A stretch of 61,790 bases of DNA, taken from positions 1 to 61,790 of the forward strand of contig JALXBF010000087.1 in the NCBI GenBank assembly GCA_026991575.1. Direction: 5' to 3'. Positions 19,474 to 28,480 of this stretch are shown piece after piece (positions within the stretch are counted from its first letter, which is position 1; the number at the start of each line of letters is the position of its first letter). A program made the translations under genes and the position numbers. Under the pieces are notes generated by a model. It did not search any database. It was not told where the DNA came from and saw only the letters and a list, made by a program, of their open reading frames with translations. Source of the DNA: Planctomycetota bacterium. GTDB taxonomy: Bacteria; Planctomycetota; Planctomycetia; JALXBF01.

Positions 19474-21495
19474 CTAGTTGCCGTTCGTCTCAGGCTCGAC
19501 CGGCCGTCGAGGCTCCAGCACCAGGCGTAAGGCCCGGCTGGAGACTTCTTGCCAGTGCTTGGCCTCCGCAACACGGGCCACGACCACTGCCGTAGCCTGA
19601 ACCGGCTCTGTCACCGGGCGGCCGTACAACAGCAATCGGACTCGGTCCACCGACCGGTGGATGGTCAACGGTGGGCAATCCACCCATTGCTCGGCACCTC
19701 TGAGTTCCAGGACCACCGGACCGGTCGAGCCGTCAGTCCGGTGCAGGTCGACTTCCAGCACGGCGGTCTGACCGCTGCGCAGCCGGACAACGTCGGTCGT
19801 AGGACGCAGCCGCAACGGGGCCGACTCGACGACTGCCACGGCCAGGCCCGCTTCCGCCAGCGGCCGCGGCGCGAAGGTCATGCCCAGCTCTTCGGCCACG
19901 GCGGCAGAACAGTCCAGCCGGCGGCGGAGCACCCGGCCATCTGCGATGCCGTATCCAACGAGCTGGCAAGCGACCGCTCCCAGTGGGGCATCCTCCTCGG
20001 CGGTCAGCGTTACCAGGGTCTGGTCGACACCAGGGGGGATGCGAAGCGGATCCAGTTGGACGCAGGAGGGTAAGCCGACCGCGCGGAGTTCGACCGGTCC
20101 GCCGTAGTCCCGCCGCTGGACCGTCAGCCAACAGCGTGCGCTGCCGCCGCGGGGCACGGCCAGCTTGGCCAGTGGCCGCCGCGTGGGGTCGTCCGCTTCC
20201 AGTCGCAGCGAGAAGTCCGGTCCGTACGGAACGACCCGCACACGGTAGGGCAGGTCGCCGGCCACCCGAAAGCTAAGCGCGGCAACCACCAGTGCGTACC
20301 AGCCCGTGCGGGGGGCAACGAAATCCAGGGCGGCATCGTCCACGCCACGATCGTCACAGAAGGCAAGTTCCCGGCCGGTCAGGTCGCGGACCGTCAGGGT
20401 CAGATCGGCCGGGCTGTCCAACCAACGGCTTGTGGTCTGGATCCACAGCCGCGTGCCGCGGGTGGCGCGAAAGAGGTACACGTCCTCATCACCGCGCAGC
20501 CCGATCGTGCCGTTGACCGCCCAGCCGACGCGGATCCGGTTGGCACGCTCTACGGTGTCGTTCGGCTCACGCTCGACAAACTCATGCAATTCGTCGACCA
20601 GCACCGGGAGGAAGCCGCGGAAGGGACTGCGCCGCGCCGGCACTGCGGCAAAAAACGCCCGCTGCTCGCCGTCGGAAGGGCCGCGCAGCCGGACAAACCG
20701 CCGCCCGGTTCGGTCCAGCAGCAGGACGCTGGCAGCCTTGCCGCGGGGCACAGCCATCGGCAGCGTGAACGACGCGTCGGGCAATTCGCCGACGCGCAGC
20801 CAGTAGGTTGCTCCCTGTCCCCCCTGCAACCGCACGTCCGACACCTCGATGAGATAGTCGCCATCCTTGGCAAAGACGTGATGGACACGGCAGTCCTGCC
20901 ACAGTCCTGGCGTGTCGTCCGCAGCGGCCAGCACGTGCTTGCCCGTGCTGTCAAGTATTCTGACCTGCGGGTCGAAGTCGGAATCCAGCCGCCGTCCGAT
21001 GACTTCCACAGCCACGTACTGGCCACCGCGGACGCGCACTCGGTAGTAGTCGCGCCTGCCGTTGTCGCCCGCGGCGGCGATGGCAACGTTCAGGGGGATC
21101 GGCTGTGCCGTTCGGGGCGAATCGTTCGGCTCCCGCTCCCCCACAACGGGCAGGTCATCGACAACGAGTGGTTTGAGATTGCTGATGCCGTTGGTCGTTG
21201 CCAGCCGAAGGCCTACCAGTCGCGGACCGGTGCCGTCGGGGAACAGGACGGTCAGCCGCACCGTGCGACCGTCCTCGCCGGGCTGCACGCTGCTGACGGT
21301 TGCTTCGGGTAGCAGCACCTGAGTTGGTTCGGCCAGCCCGAGACCACGAACCGTAAGCCGAACCTCAACGCCTGCCGGCACACCAGGAGGCTCGATATGG
21401 TGAATCACCTGCGCGTCGGCAGACCGGATAGCCAGCGCAGCGGGCGCGGCCAGGCAACCCAGCACCGACCAGAACAGCGCCTTGTGCGATTTCAT
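19474..21495 (-). CDS. Secreted protein with repeated PPC (pre-peptidase C-terminal) domains
   Basis: Signal peptide, two EREPND motifs, D-Y/V-Y and RLDS-x-x-D repeats. Confidence 0.8.
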   Translation of the reverse strand: MKSHKALFWSVLGCLAAPAALAIRSADAQVIHHIEPPGVPAGVEVRLTVRGLGLAEPTQVLLPEATVSSVQPGEDGRTVRLTVLFPDGTGPRLVGLRLATTNGISNLKPLVVDDLPVVGEREPNDSPRTAQPIPLNVAIAAAGDNGRRDYYRVRVRGGQYVAVEVIGRRLDSDFDPQVRILDSTGKHVLAAADDTPGLWQDCRVHHVFAKDGDYLIEVSDVRLQGGQGATYWLRVGELPDASFTLPMAVPRGKAASVLLLDRTGRRFVRLRGPSDGEQRAFFAAVPARRSPFRGFLPVLVDELHEFVEREPNDTVERANRIRVGWAVNGTIGLRGDEDVYLFRATRGTRLWIQTTSRWLDSPADLTLTVRDLTGRELAFCDDRGVDDAALDFVAPRTGWYALVVAALSFRVAGDLPYRVRVVPYGPDFSLRLEADDPTRRPLAKLAVPRGGSARCWLTVQRRDYGGPVELRAVGLPSCVQLDPLRIPPGVDQTLVTLTAEEDAPLGAVACQLVGYGIADGRVLRRRLDCSAAVAEELGMTFAPRPLAEAGLAVAVVESAPLRLRPTTDVVRLRSGQTAVLEVDLHRTDGSTGPVVLELRGAEQWVDCPPLTIHRSVDRVRLLLYGRPVTEPVQATAVVVARVAEAKHWQEVSSRALRLVLEPRRPVEPETNGN

Positions 21496-21701
21496 GGACA
21501 AGCTCCCCGCGCAGCTGTGGGCTAGCGAGGTTAGTGCTCCAGCGCGCCGCCGCCTGGAACATGTTACCACTCGGTGCTGCCGGCGGCTTGTAAGGCTTGC
21601 AGCAGCCGCGGCGGCAGAGGCGCGCGGCGGCGCGCCCCGTATTGTACGGAATCGCTTGGTAGGCTTGCTGTTGGGACCAGCAACCCAGAAGGGTCAGCCT
21701 T

Positions 21702-21717
21702 TGGCACGCTTGTTGCT
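21702..21717 (+). promoter_or_regulatory. Sigma-54 (-24/-12) promoter
   Basis: TGGCACG-CTTG-TTGCT, an exact match to TGGCACG-N4-TTGC(A/T), intergenic and facing the HPr-like gene. Confidence 0.8.
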
Positions 21718-21728
21718 AGCCGGCCTGT

Positions 21729-21845
21729 GCGGAACGGAGACTGGGTCGAGGGCACGTGCACGATTGGGATCCGGTCTCACGTCCTCTGTTTCGCCGACCG
21801 TAACGGCTCGCCGGTCCGGCACCGGCGCCGAAGGCAACTTTCGGC
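21729..21845 (+). promoter_or_regulatory. Structured 5' leader of the HPr-like gene
   Basis: Stems 21729-21738/21785-21794 and 21739-21747/21768-21776, then small hairpins ending in GCCGAAG-GCAA-CUUUCGGC (21827-21845). It begins at the predicted sigma-54 +1. Confidence 0.45.
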
Positions 21846-21877
21846 TGACGTGGTCACCTGGAAGGAGGTTAGCGCTG

Positions 21878-22162
21878 ATGGTATGCCGCACCGTGTTTCA
21901 GCTTGATCGGTACGAGGGGCTGTCTGAGCGGAAGGCGCGTCTGATCGCGCAAGAGGCCGCGTACTTTCCGGGTGAGATCCGGGTTCGCTTCGGCATGCGG
22001 TACGCCGATGCACACGCAGCCGAAGACCTGCTGGCGCTGGACATCCCCCCCGGCGCCTGGATCTGCGTAGAAAGCGACCGCTTCGACGCCGGCTATGTCA
22101 TCGACCGGATTCGCCGGATTGCGACGGGTACCGCACACGTAGCCGTATCCATGGTTGCCTGA
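21878..22162 (+). CDS. HPr-fold protein lacking His15 and Ser46
   Basis: 94 aa, AGGAGG RBS; aligns with HPr (GLSERKA vs GLHxRPA; F-x-x-E-I; DAHA vs xAKS; LLAL-x-x-x-x-G). Confidence 0.75.
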   Translation: MVCRTVFQLDRYEGLSERKARLIAQEAAYFPGEIRVRFGMRYADAHAAEDLLALDIPPGAWICVESDRFDAGYVIDRIRRIATGTAHVAVSMVA

Positions 22163-22326
22163 CGGTGGAGTGTTGTGTCGCGCCCCCATGCCGGGCCGCC
22201 CGGTCGATCGTGCGACCGGGCGGCTTCTTTGTGCGCGGGCAAGCAGCCTGCAAGATAAGATGCTAGGCTCGGTCAGCTGACCGAGCGGCCCGTCGCTGGT
22301 CACGGCCAACGCAACCAAACAGACCG

Positions 22327-23688
22327 ATGGCAGACTGGCTCCTGCGCCGCTTTCAACTGGTCGAACGGGGGTCGCGTCCCGGTCGCGAGCTGCTGGCCGG
22401 GGCCACCACCTTTCTGACCATGTCCTACGTGCTCTTCGCCCAGCCGGCCATACTCAGCAACGCGGGCATGCCAGCGGCGGATGTGTTTTTCGCCACGTGC
22501 GTCACTTCGGCTGTGGGCTGCTTTCTGATGGGCTGGCTTGCCAACTACCCGGTGGCTCTGGCGCCGGCCATGGGACACAACGTCTTCTTTGCGTTTACTG
22601 TGTGCGGCGTCCTGGGCTACAGCTGGCAGCAAGCGTTGGCGGCTAACCTGCTGGCCGGTCTGTTCTTCCTGTTGACGGCGCGCGTTGGTCTGCGTGAGCA
22701 GGTGATGGCCACGGTGCCTGCCCCCCTGCGGTATGCCATCGCCGCGGGCATCGGTATGCTGATCGCTTTCCTGGGCCTGCAATGGGCCCACTTCGTACGG
22801 GACGATCCGGTCGTGCTGGTTGGCCGGGCGGAACTGGGCAACCCGGTGGCGATCGCTGCGCTGGCCGGCCTAGCCGTGGCGGCCGGCGGTCTGGCGCTCC
22901 GCCTGCCGGGCGCTTTTCTGGCGGGCATCGCCGCGTCAGCGGTGGTCCTCCACGGCTACGGGCTCTTGAAGACGGAGGGCCTCCGTCACCCGCTTGCGCT
23001 GCCGTCCCCGTCCGGGACGACGCTCTTTGCCTTCGACTTCACGGCGTTCTTCGCCGACCCGGCCGCCGTGCTCCGGGCCACCGCCATCGTGTTCGTCTTC
23101 CTGGTGCTGGACCTGTTCGACACCGTGGGCACGCTGCTGGGTCTATCGCATGCGGCCGGCCTGCTTCGCGGCGATCGACTGCCGCGGGCGGGTCAGGCGC
23201 TGCTGGCTGATGCCGCCGCTACCGTCGTGGGCTGTTGCGTGGGCACCAGCACGGTGACCTCCTACATCGAAAGCAGCGCTGGCATTGCTGCCGGGGGACG
23301 CACCGGCCTGACGGCAGTCACCGTTGGCGCCCTGTTCCTGGCGGCGCTCTTTCTGTCCCCCCTGGCAGCCGTGATCGGAGCACCGGTTGAGTTGGACGGC
23401 ACGAGCTACTATCCGACGATCGCCCCGGTCCTGATCCTGGTCGGTGCTCTCATGGCCACCGGGCTGCGCGAGGTTCGCTGGAATGACCCGTCCGAGGCGA
23501 TTCCGACCTTCCTGACAGTGATCGTCATGATGAGCACCTTCTCGATCACTGACGGCATCGCCTGGGGCTATGCCAGCTACGTCGTGCTGAAGACGCTGCA
23601 GCGGCAACGTCTGCCCATGCCGCTGTACGCGGTCAGCGGGCTGTTCTTCGTGTACTTCGTGGTCATCGAATGGCTGGCCGGTAGCTGA
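22327..23688 (+). CDS. NCS2/AzgA-family purine permease
   Basis: ELLAGATTFLTMSY, PVALAPAMG, DLFDTVGTL, TSYIESSAG, GGRTGLTA. Confidence 0.9.
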   Translation: MADWLLRRFQLVERGSRPGRELLAGATTFLTMSYVLFAQPAILSNAGMPAADVFFATCVTSAVGCFLMGWLANYPVALAPAMGHNVFFAFTVCGVLGYSWQQALAANLLAGLFFLLTARVGLREQVMATVPAPLRYAIAAGIGMLIAFLGLQWAHFVRDDPVVLVGRAELGNPVAIAALAGLAVAAGGLALRLPGAFLAGIAASAVVLHGYGLLKTEGLRHPLALPSPSGTTLFAFDFTAFFADPAAVLRATAIVFVFLVLDLFDTVGTLLGLSHAAGLLRGDRLPRAGQALLADAAATVVGCCVGTSTVTSYIESSAGIAAGGRTGLTAVTVGALFLAALFLSPLAAVIGAPVELDGTSYYPTIAPVLILVGALMATGLREVRWNDPSEAIPTFLTVIVMMSTFSITDGIAWGYASYVVLKTLQRQRLPMPLYAVSGLFFVYFVVIEWLAGS

Positions 23689-23769
23689 CCGCTCGCCGGG
23701 CATCCAGCTGACAAAATCGATTCATCTGGGAAAGACTGGGCGTTTTCCGCCGAGAACGCATCAAGTTTG

Positions 23770-23799
23770 TTGACCAGGGCGGACCGGGTTGTTTACAGT
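23770..23799 (+). promoter_or_regulatory. Sigma-70-type promoter
   Basis: TTGACC-18 nt-TACAGT about 57 bp upstream of ATG 23857. Confidence 0.5.
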
Positions 23800-23856
23800 G
23801 CAAGAGGTTCGCACCGACTCCGGGTGCAGCCGCCTCCTTTGCAGAGGTCAGCGACG

Positions 23857-24618
23857 ATGCCTCAGAAGAAGCCCGGTCAGAAGCTGCCTGAGGGGGTCTT
23901 TCACGCGACCCTGCCGCGCGGTGCCTTTGGCGTGTATGTGCCGGAAGGGTACGAGCCAAACTATGCGTACCCGTTGCTCGTGTTGCTACACAACCGCGGT
24001 GCAAACGAGCACCAGATGATGCGGCTTGCGCCGCGACTGAGCCGACGAAACTACATCGCCGTGTCGCTCCGCGGCACCGATCGCATCGGGATCCGCCGCA
24101 CAGGCAGGGCGGCCTATTCGTGGAGCCAGTTTGCTGAGGGGGAGCTAAGGGCAGACGGACCGTGGCGCATCCATCGGCATCTGGCGTGCGCTTCGCGAAC
24201 CGCGCAGTTCCTGGATGAGTATGTCGCCGAGGTGGTGGCGCTGCTTTCGGAGGAGCTGAACATCGATCGCCACCGGATCTACCTAATTGGCTATGGCGAA
24301 GGGGCCGCGGCCGCGTATCGCATCGGCCTTGGCGCGCCGGCCCGCTACGCCGGCATCGCCGCACTGAACGGCTGGCTGCCGGCTGTACCAGGTCCGTGGC
24401 TTCGTTGGCCCGAAGCGCGTCGGCTGCGGGCGCTGGTCCTTCATGGGGCCGAAGACGATCGCGTGCCGGTGGCTGAGTCGCTGCGTGCGGCACGGCTGCT
24501 GTACACCGCCGGTCTGAATGTGAGCTACTACGTCACGCCCGGCAGCCACCGTATCAATCGCCATATGCTGCAACTGTTGAACCGCTGGCTGATCGCCGGC
24601 TGCCGGCACCCTTCCTAG
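23857..24618 (+). CDS. Phospholipase/carboxylesterase-fold protein (nucleophile Ser absent)
   Basis: YPLLVLLH, RIYLIGYGEG in place of GxSxG, HGAEDDRVP, GSH. Confidence 0.8.
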   Translation: MPQKKPGQKLPEGVFHATLPRGAFGVYVPEGYEPNYAYPLLVLLHNRGANEHQMMRLAPRLSRRNYIAVSLRGTDRIGIRRTGRAAYSWSQFAEGELRADGPWRIHRHLACASRTAQFLDEYVAEVVALLSEELNIDRHRIYLIGYGEGAAAAYRIGLGAPARYAGIAALNGWLPAVPGPWLRWPEARRLRALVLHGAEDDRVPVAESLRAARLLYTAGLNVSYYVTPGSHRINRHMLQLLNRWLIAGCRHPS

Positions 24619-24644
24619 CGCCCCGCCGTTGCCAGCAGGCATGG

Positions 24645-26153
24645 TCAACTGAGCCGTTCGATCAAGTTGCGTGTGATCCGCTGCACGCGCGGATCGGGCC
24701 CGTGCGGGCGCGAGTAGTGTGACCAGGGGATCCAGTGGCCGGGCGGGCTGGCAAGCCCCTGGGCCCAGTAGATCGTGGCGCTGTTGAAGACCCAGTTGCC
24801 CCGCGGTCCGGGGTAGATTGTCGCCGCATACCGACCCGCTCGGGTGCCACCGGCCCAGACCAGGCCTTCAGCCAGAACCACGAGCCCTTCGCGGTGCAGA
24901 TCCGGGTCGCCGTGGTACTCCCAGCCAACCAAGCCCGGGATGCTCTCCCCCGCACGCATGCCGGTGCCCTCGAACACCCAGTGGTCGGGTCGGACACAGG
25001 TCCAGTCCCCCCCGCCGTTGAACGGCACCACCGTCCGCGCCCCGATGATCGTCCGCTCATCCGGTCCCACCCCCTGGAGGCCGTCGTAGACGTCTGCGTA
25101 AGCAGCCCGCTCCTCAGGCCGAAGTACCCCGTACGCCCCAGCGCGCGTCAGGATCCGGTTCGGGCGGCCGTCGGAGGAAGGACTGAACGGCGCGACGATA
25201 AAGACCGAATTGGCACTGAGCCATAGCACGTTCACCCCCCGCTCGATCGCCTGCCGCACCGCCTCGTACTGGCGCAGGTCCCAGTACTCGTCATGTCCCA
25301 CGCTGATGAAGATCTTCACCCGTTCCAGGAACGAAACGCCGAGCACATCACTGTTGGAGCAGTACGTGACGTCGTAACCGTGCTGTTCCAGCCAGTAGCA
25401 CAGCGGGAACTCCCAGAGCAGGAACTCGCCCGAGCCGAGGCTGAGCGGATTGCGCATGATCTGCGGATACAGTCCGTAGGGCCGATCGAAGCTGACCTGC
25501 ACGCCCGGATAATGAGCGGCTTTCGGGTGAGTGTACAGGGAGTCGTTCTCTGGCCAGCGGTTGTACGCCTGCCAGGTGTTGTCGCTGCATTGAAAGAGAA
25601 TCTGAGCCCGGCGGCCGTCACGGACAATGAAGATCACGTAGCTCTGCCAGTACGGCTCTGTGCGGCTGCGGGGCACCGTGGTCAGCTTGCCCAGGTAGAC
25701 GCCCGACGGCCAGTCCTCCGGAATGCGCAGCGTGACCGACGGCTCCCACCGACACTCCCGGAGGCGGCCGGGGTCTGGGCCTCGGGGGGGCACCGGCTGA
25801 CGTCGCCCGCGGATCGGGCCAAGTCGAACCATGTGCCGCGCCCCTTTGCCGCCGTACCAGCCGCAGCGGTAGATGTCCACCAGGAAGGCACGCTCCGGAT
25901 CGGTGCTGACGCAGATGCCCAGCTCCTCGCCGGCTGCCACCGACTGCCGCGTGCAGTAGCCCTCGATCAGACTCGTGCGGTACGGACTGGCGTTGGGCCA
26001 GACGCGCGTCAGCTGCCAGTCCGTGGTACCGGGCCGACGGTTCTCGTCACGGATCAACGTCGGCTGAGGATCGCTTGCGGCCCGGGCCGTGGTAGGCCAC
26101 AGTGCACCGGCGACCGCCCCAACCGCCCCGCGCAGAAGGTCGCGGCGATTCAT
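24645..26153 (-). CDS. Tat-exported protein related to the N,N-dimethylformamidase large subunit family
   Basis: NRRDLL, ENRRPGT, SGVYLGKL, TWQAYN, VSFDRPY, WLEQHGYDV, SVGHDEYW. Confidence 0.75.
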   Translation of the reverse strand: MNRRDLLRGAVGAVAGALWPTTARAASDPQPTLIRDENRRPGTTDWQLTRVWPNASPYRTSLIEGYCTRQSVAAGEELGICVSTDPERAFLVDIYRCGWYGGKGARHMVRLGPIRGRRQPVPPRGPDPGRLRECRWEPSVTLRIPEDWPSGVYLGKLTTVPRSRTEPYWQSYVIFIVRDGRRAQILFQCSDNTWQAYNRWPENDSLYTHPKAAHYPGVQVSFDRPYGLYPQIMRNPLSLGSGEFLLWEFPLCYWLEQHGYDVTYCSNSDVLGVSFLERVKIFISVGHDEYWDLRQYEAVRQAIERGVNVLWLSANSVFIVAPFSPSSDGRPNRILTRAGAYGVLRPEERAAYADVYDGLQGVGPDERTIIGARTVVPFNGGGDWTCVRPDHWVFEGTGMRAGESIPGLVGWEYHGDPDLHREGLVVLAEGLVWAGGTRAGRYAATIYPGPRGNWVFNSATIYWAQGLASPPGHWIPWSHYSRPHGPDPRVQRITRNLIERLS

Positions 26154-26351
26154 CGCAGCTGCTCCCCGCTAAGGACCACACCGACCATGAGAGCCGCCTC
26201 GGCGGCAGGCGCGCAGAGAAGAACCGCCCGCACTCCGAGTCCCGCACGGCTGCGATCTTACCGCGCCCGGGAATGTCGTGCCGAAGAGGGACTCAGACCG
26301 CAGGCGGTCTAGCGCAGATCGTTCCGGTCACCTGATGCACGCCGGCCAGCC

Positions 26352-26828
26352 CTAACCGCAGGTCTGACGGATCGCCTCCACGATCTCGTCATCACTGCGC
26401 TGCTGACCAAGATCGTTGACCTTGACCCACTTCACGATGCCGTCCTTGCCGACGACGATCGTTGCCCGAGCGGTGAAGCCCTGGTCGTCAAGGTACACGC
26501 CGTACTTGCTGGCCACCGCACCCTTGGGATGGAAGTCGGCCAGCAGTGGGTAGCTGATGCCACCGAGCTTCTCGGCAAACGCCTTCAGTGTCGGGACCGA
26601 GTCCACACTGATGCCCAGGACCTGGGCATCCACGCCCGCGAACTTCTCGGCATCCTGTTCGCAGGCGGGCAGCTCGCGGCTTCAGACCGGGGTGAACGCC
26701 AGGGGGAAGAAGAACAGGACCACGTTCTTCTTGCCCAGGAACTCGTTCAGCGAAACGTCACGGTCTAGCGTCGATGGCAGCGAGAAGTCGGGTGCCTTCT
26801 CGCCCACCTTGATCGGGTTCAGCGACAT
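26352..26828 (-). CDS. Peroxiredoxin (AhpC/TSA family), probable selenoprotein with TGA at the peroxidatic Cys
   Basis: VGEKAPDFSL...FFPLAFTPV-TGA(26684-26682)-SRELPAC...VLGISVDS...YPLLADF...RAT in a single frame; GAGGAG RBS. Confidence 0.9.
26636..26679 (-). promoter_or_regulatory. Putative bacterial SECIS element (peroxiredoxin)
   Basis: CCGCGAGCU/AGUUCGCGG 9-bp lower stem and apical CCUG-CGAA-CAGG; the loop starts 20 nt after the UGA with G at loop position 2. Confidence 0.6.
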
Positions 26829-27023
26829 AGCTGGCTCCTCCTTTCTCAGTTCCGCCCAAAGCACCGATGCCGGACATCCCGGGCGCTGGCGTACGGTTCT
26901 CAGATTCTACGCCACCGTCAACGGCCAGGCGGCCCAGTCCGGTTGGCCGGGGCGCTTGATACTCAGAGGAGCCGACTCCCCGCAACTGTTGCCCCCGGCA
27001 GTCAGCGATCCGGAGGCCCAACC

Positions 27024-28445
27024 ATGCACCGCTTCTCGGCCACCATGAGCACGGTGCTCGTCGCCACGACACTGCTGGCCGCAACCGATCCGGCAGGCTA
27101 CGCTCAGCAGCGGGAACGCCCCGACAATGAGACGTTCCTCCACCAGTCGCCCCGCGTTGGCGAACTCATTCCGGACGTGATCGGTTACGACGAGCAAGGT
27201 GAGCCGTTCCCGCTGCGAGCCAGGCTACGCGGCAGCTATACGGTACTGGTCTTCGGCTGCCTGACGTGACCGCCTTTCTTGCGAAAGGTCCCCGGTCTGG
27301 AGGCCCTCCAACGCGACTACGGCCCGAAAGGCGTCAAGTTCTACTACGTCTACAAGGCGCTGGCACACCCGGAACTGCACGGCTATGTCACGCCTTACAC
27401 GCTCCAGGAGCGGCTCGCACACGTACGCGAAGCGCGCCGCCGGCTACGCACGCAGATCCCCTGGATCGTGGACGCCATGGATAACCGGATCAAACACGCC
27501 TTCGGCGACCGTCCCAACTCGGAGTTCCTGATCGACCCGGAAGGCATCGTGCTGGTGAAGCGAGCCTGGAGCAATCCGCAGGCGTTACGTGCCGATCTGG
27601 AACGCATCGTCGGCCCGGTCGCGCAGCGTACCGACCCGGACGAGCTCGAGCTCGGCCGGTTGCCCGGCCGCTCCGAAGCGCGACCGGCAGAGCTGCCACG
27701 GCTGGAGCTACCGGCGGCGCTGGTACCGGTCCGCGTTCGCCCCCATCTGGCCACGAGCACGGAGCCGTTCTACGCGAAGCTCCGCGTCGAGGCCGAGCGG
27801 TCCGTGCTTCGCACCGGGTCCGGAAAGCTGTACTTTGGCCTGCGCCTGGACCCACTCTACGGCGTGCACTGGAACAACCTGGTCGGCCCAGTGAAGGTCT
27901 CGATCGACGCTGCCGACAGAATCCGCGTCTCCAAGACAGCCCTGGTCGCGCCTCGGCCAGAGCAGGACTCGGACGCCGCGCCCCGCGAATTCCTGCTCGA
28001 CGTCACGGATGCACAGCGCGGCGCAACGCTCCGCGTGACCGTGCACTACGCGGCGTGCCACGGCAAAGAAGGCTGGTGCAAGATCCTGGCCCAGCAGTTC
28101 ACGATCATCCTGGAGCGGGACCCGGATGCGGGCCGCGTCCTACGCGGCCGAGCACGCCGGCCAGTCCGGTCCGAACGGGCGACAGACGGCGACCAGGCCG
28201 CTCGCCGCAGCGGGCCACTGCTACGCGGCACGGTCGTGCAAGTCGGATCCGGCCAGCTGCTGCTCCGCACCGCCGACGGCGATACCATAAAGCTGCGGCT
28301 CCTGCCCGGCTCCTACGCCGTGCAGCGTGGCAAGCGGGTGGCGTTGCAAACGGTGCGTAGCGGCCAGCGGGTCGCAGTGCGGACGATCGCAACCGGGGCA
28401 ACCCCAGCGGTACGCTACGTGCTGCTGTTGCCGTCCGAACCGTAA
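27024..28445 (+). CDS. Exported iodothyronine-deiodinase-like thioredoxin-fold selenoprotein (CxxU) fused to a DsbD-alpha-like domain and a C-terminal beta domain
   Basis: GGAGG RBS, signal peptide, VLVFGCLT-TGA(27267-27269)-PPF in frame, VY-x-x-x-AHP, VDAMDN; later YAACHGKEGWC. Confidence 0.85.
27272..27305 (+). promoter_or_regulatory. Putative SECIS region (deiodinase-like gene)
   Basis: Two alternative hairpins: GCCUUUC-UUGC-GAAAGGU (27272-27289) and GGUC-CC-CGGUCU-GG-A-GGCC (27287-27305). Confidence 0.4.
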
Positions 28446-28480
28446 GATGCGGCAGCGGTTCTCGTCGGAGGAACCAGACC

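Noticed and set aside
21735..21846. Glycine riboswitch resemblance (GGAGA...CCGAAG...CUUUC)
   Set aside because: It lacks the GAAGGNGCAA and CUCUCAGG core in the right arrangement; only fragments match.
26682..27269. Treating the peroxiredoxin and deiodinase-like genes as pseudogenes
   Set aside because: Both stops are TGA, fall exactly on the catalytic Cys codon, and the frames continue intact.
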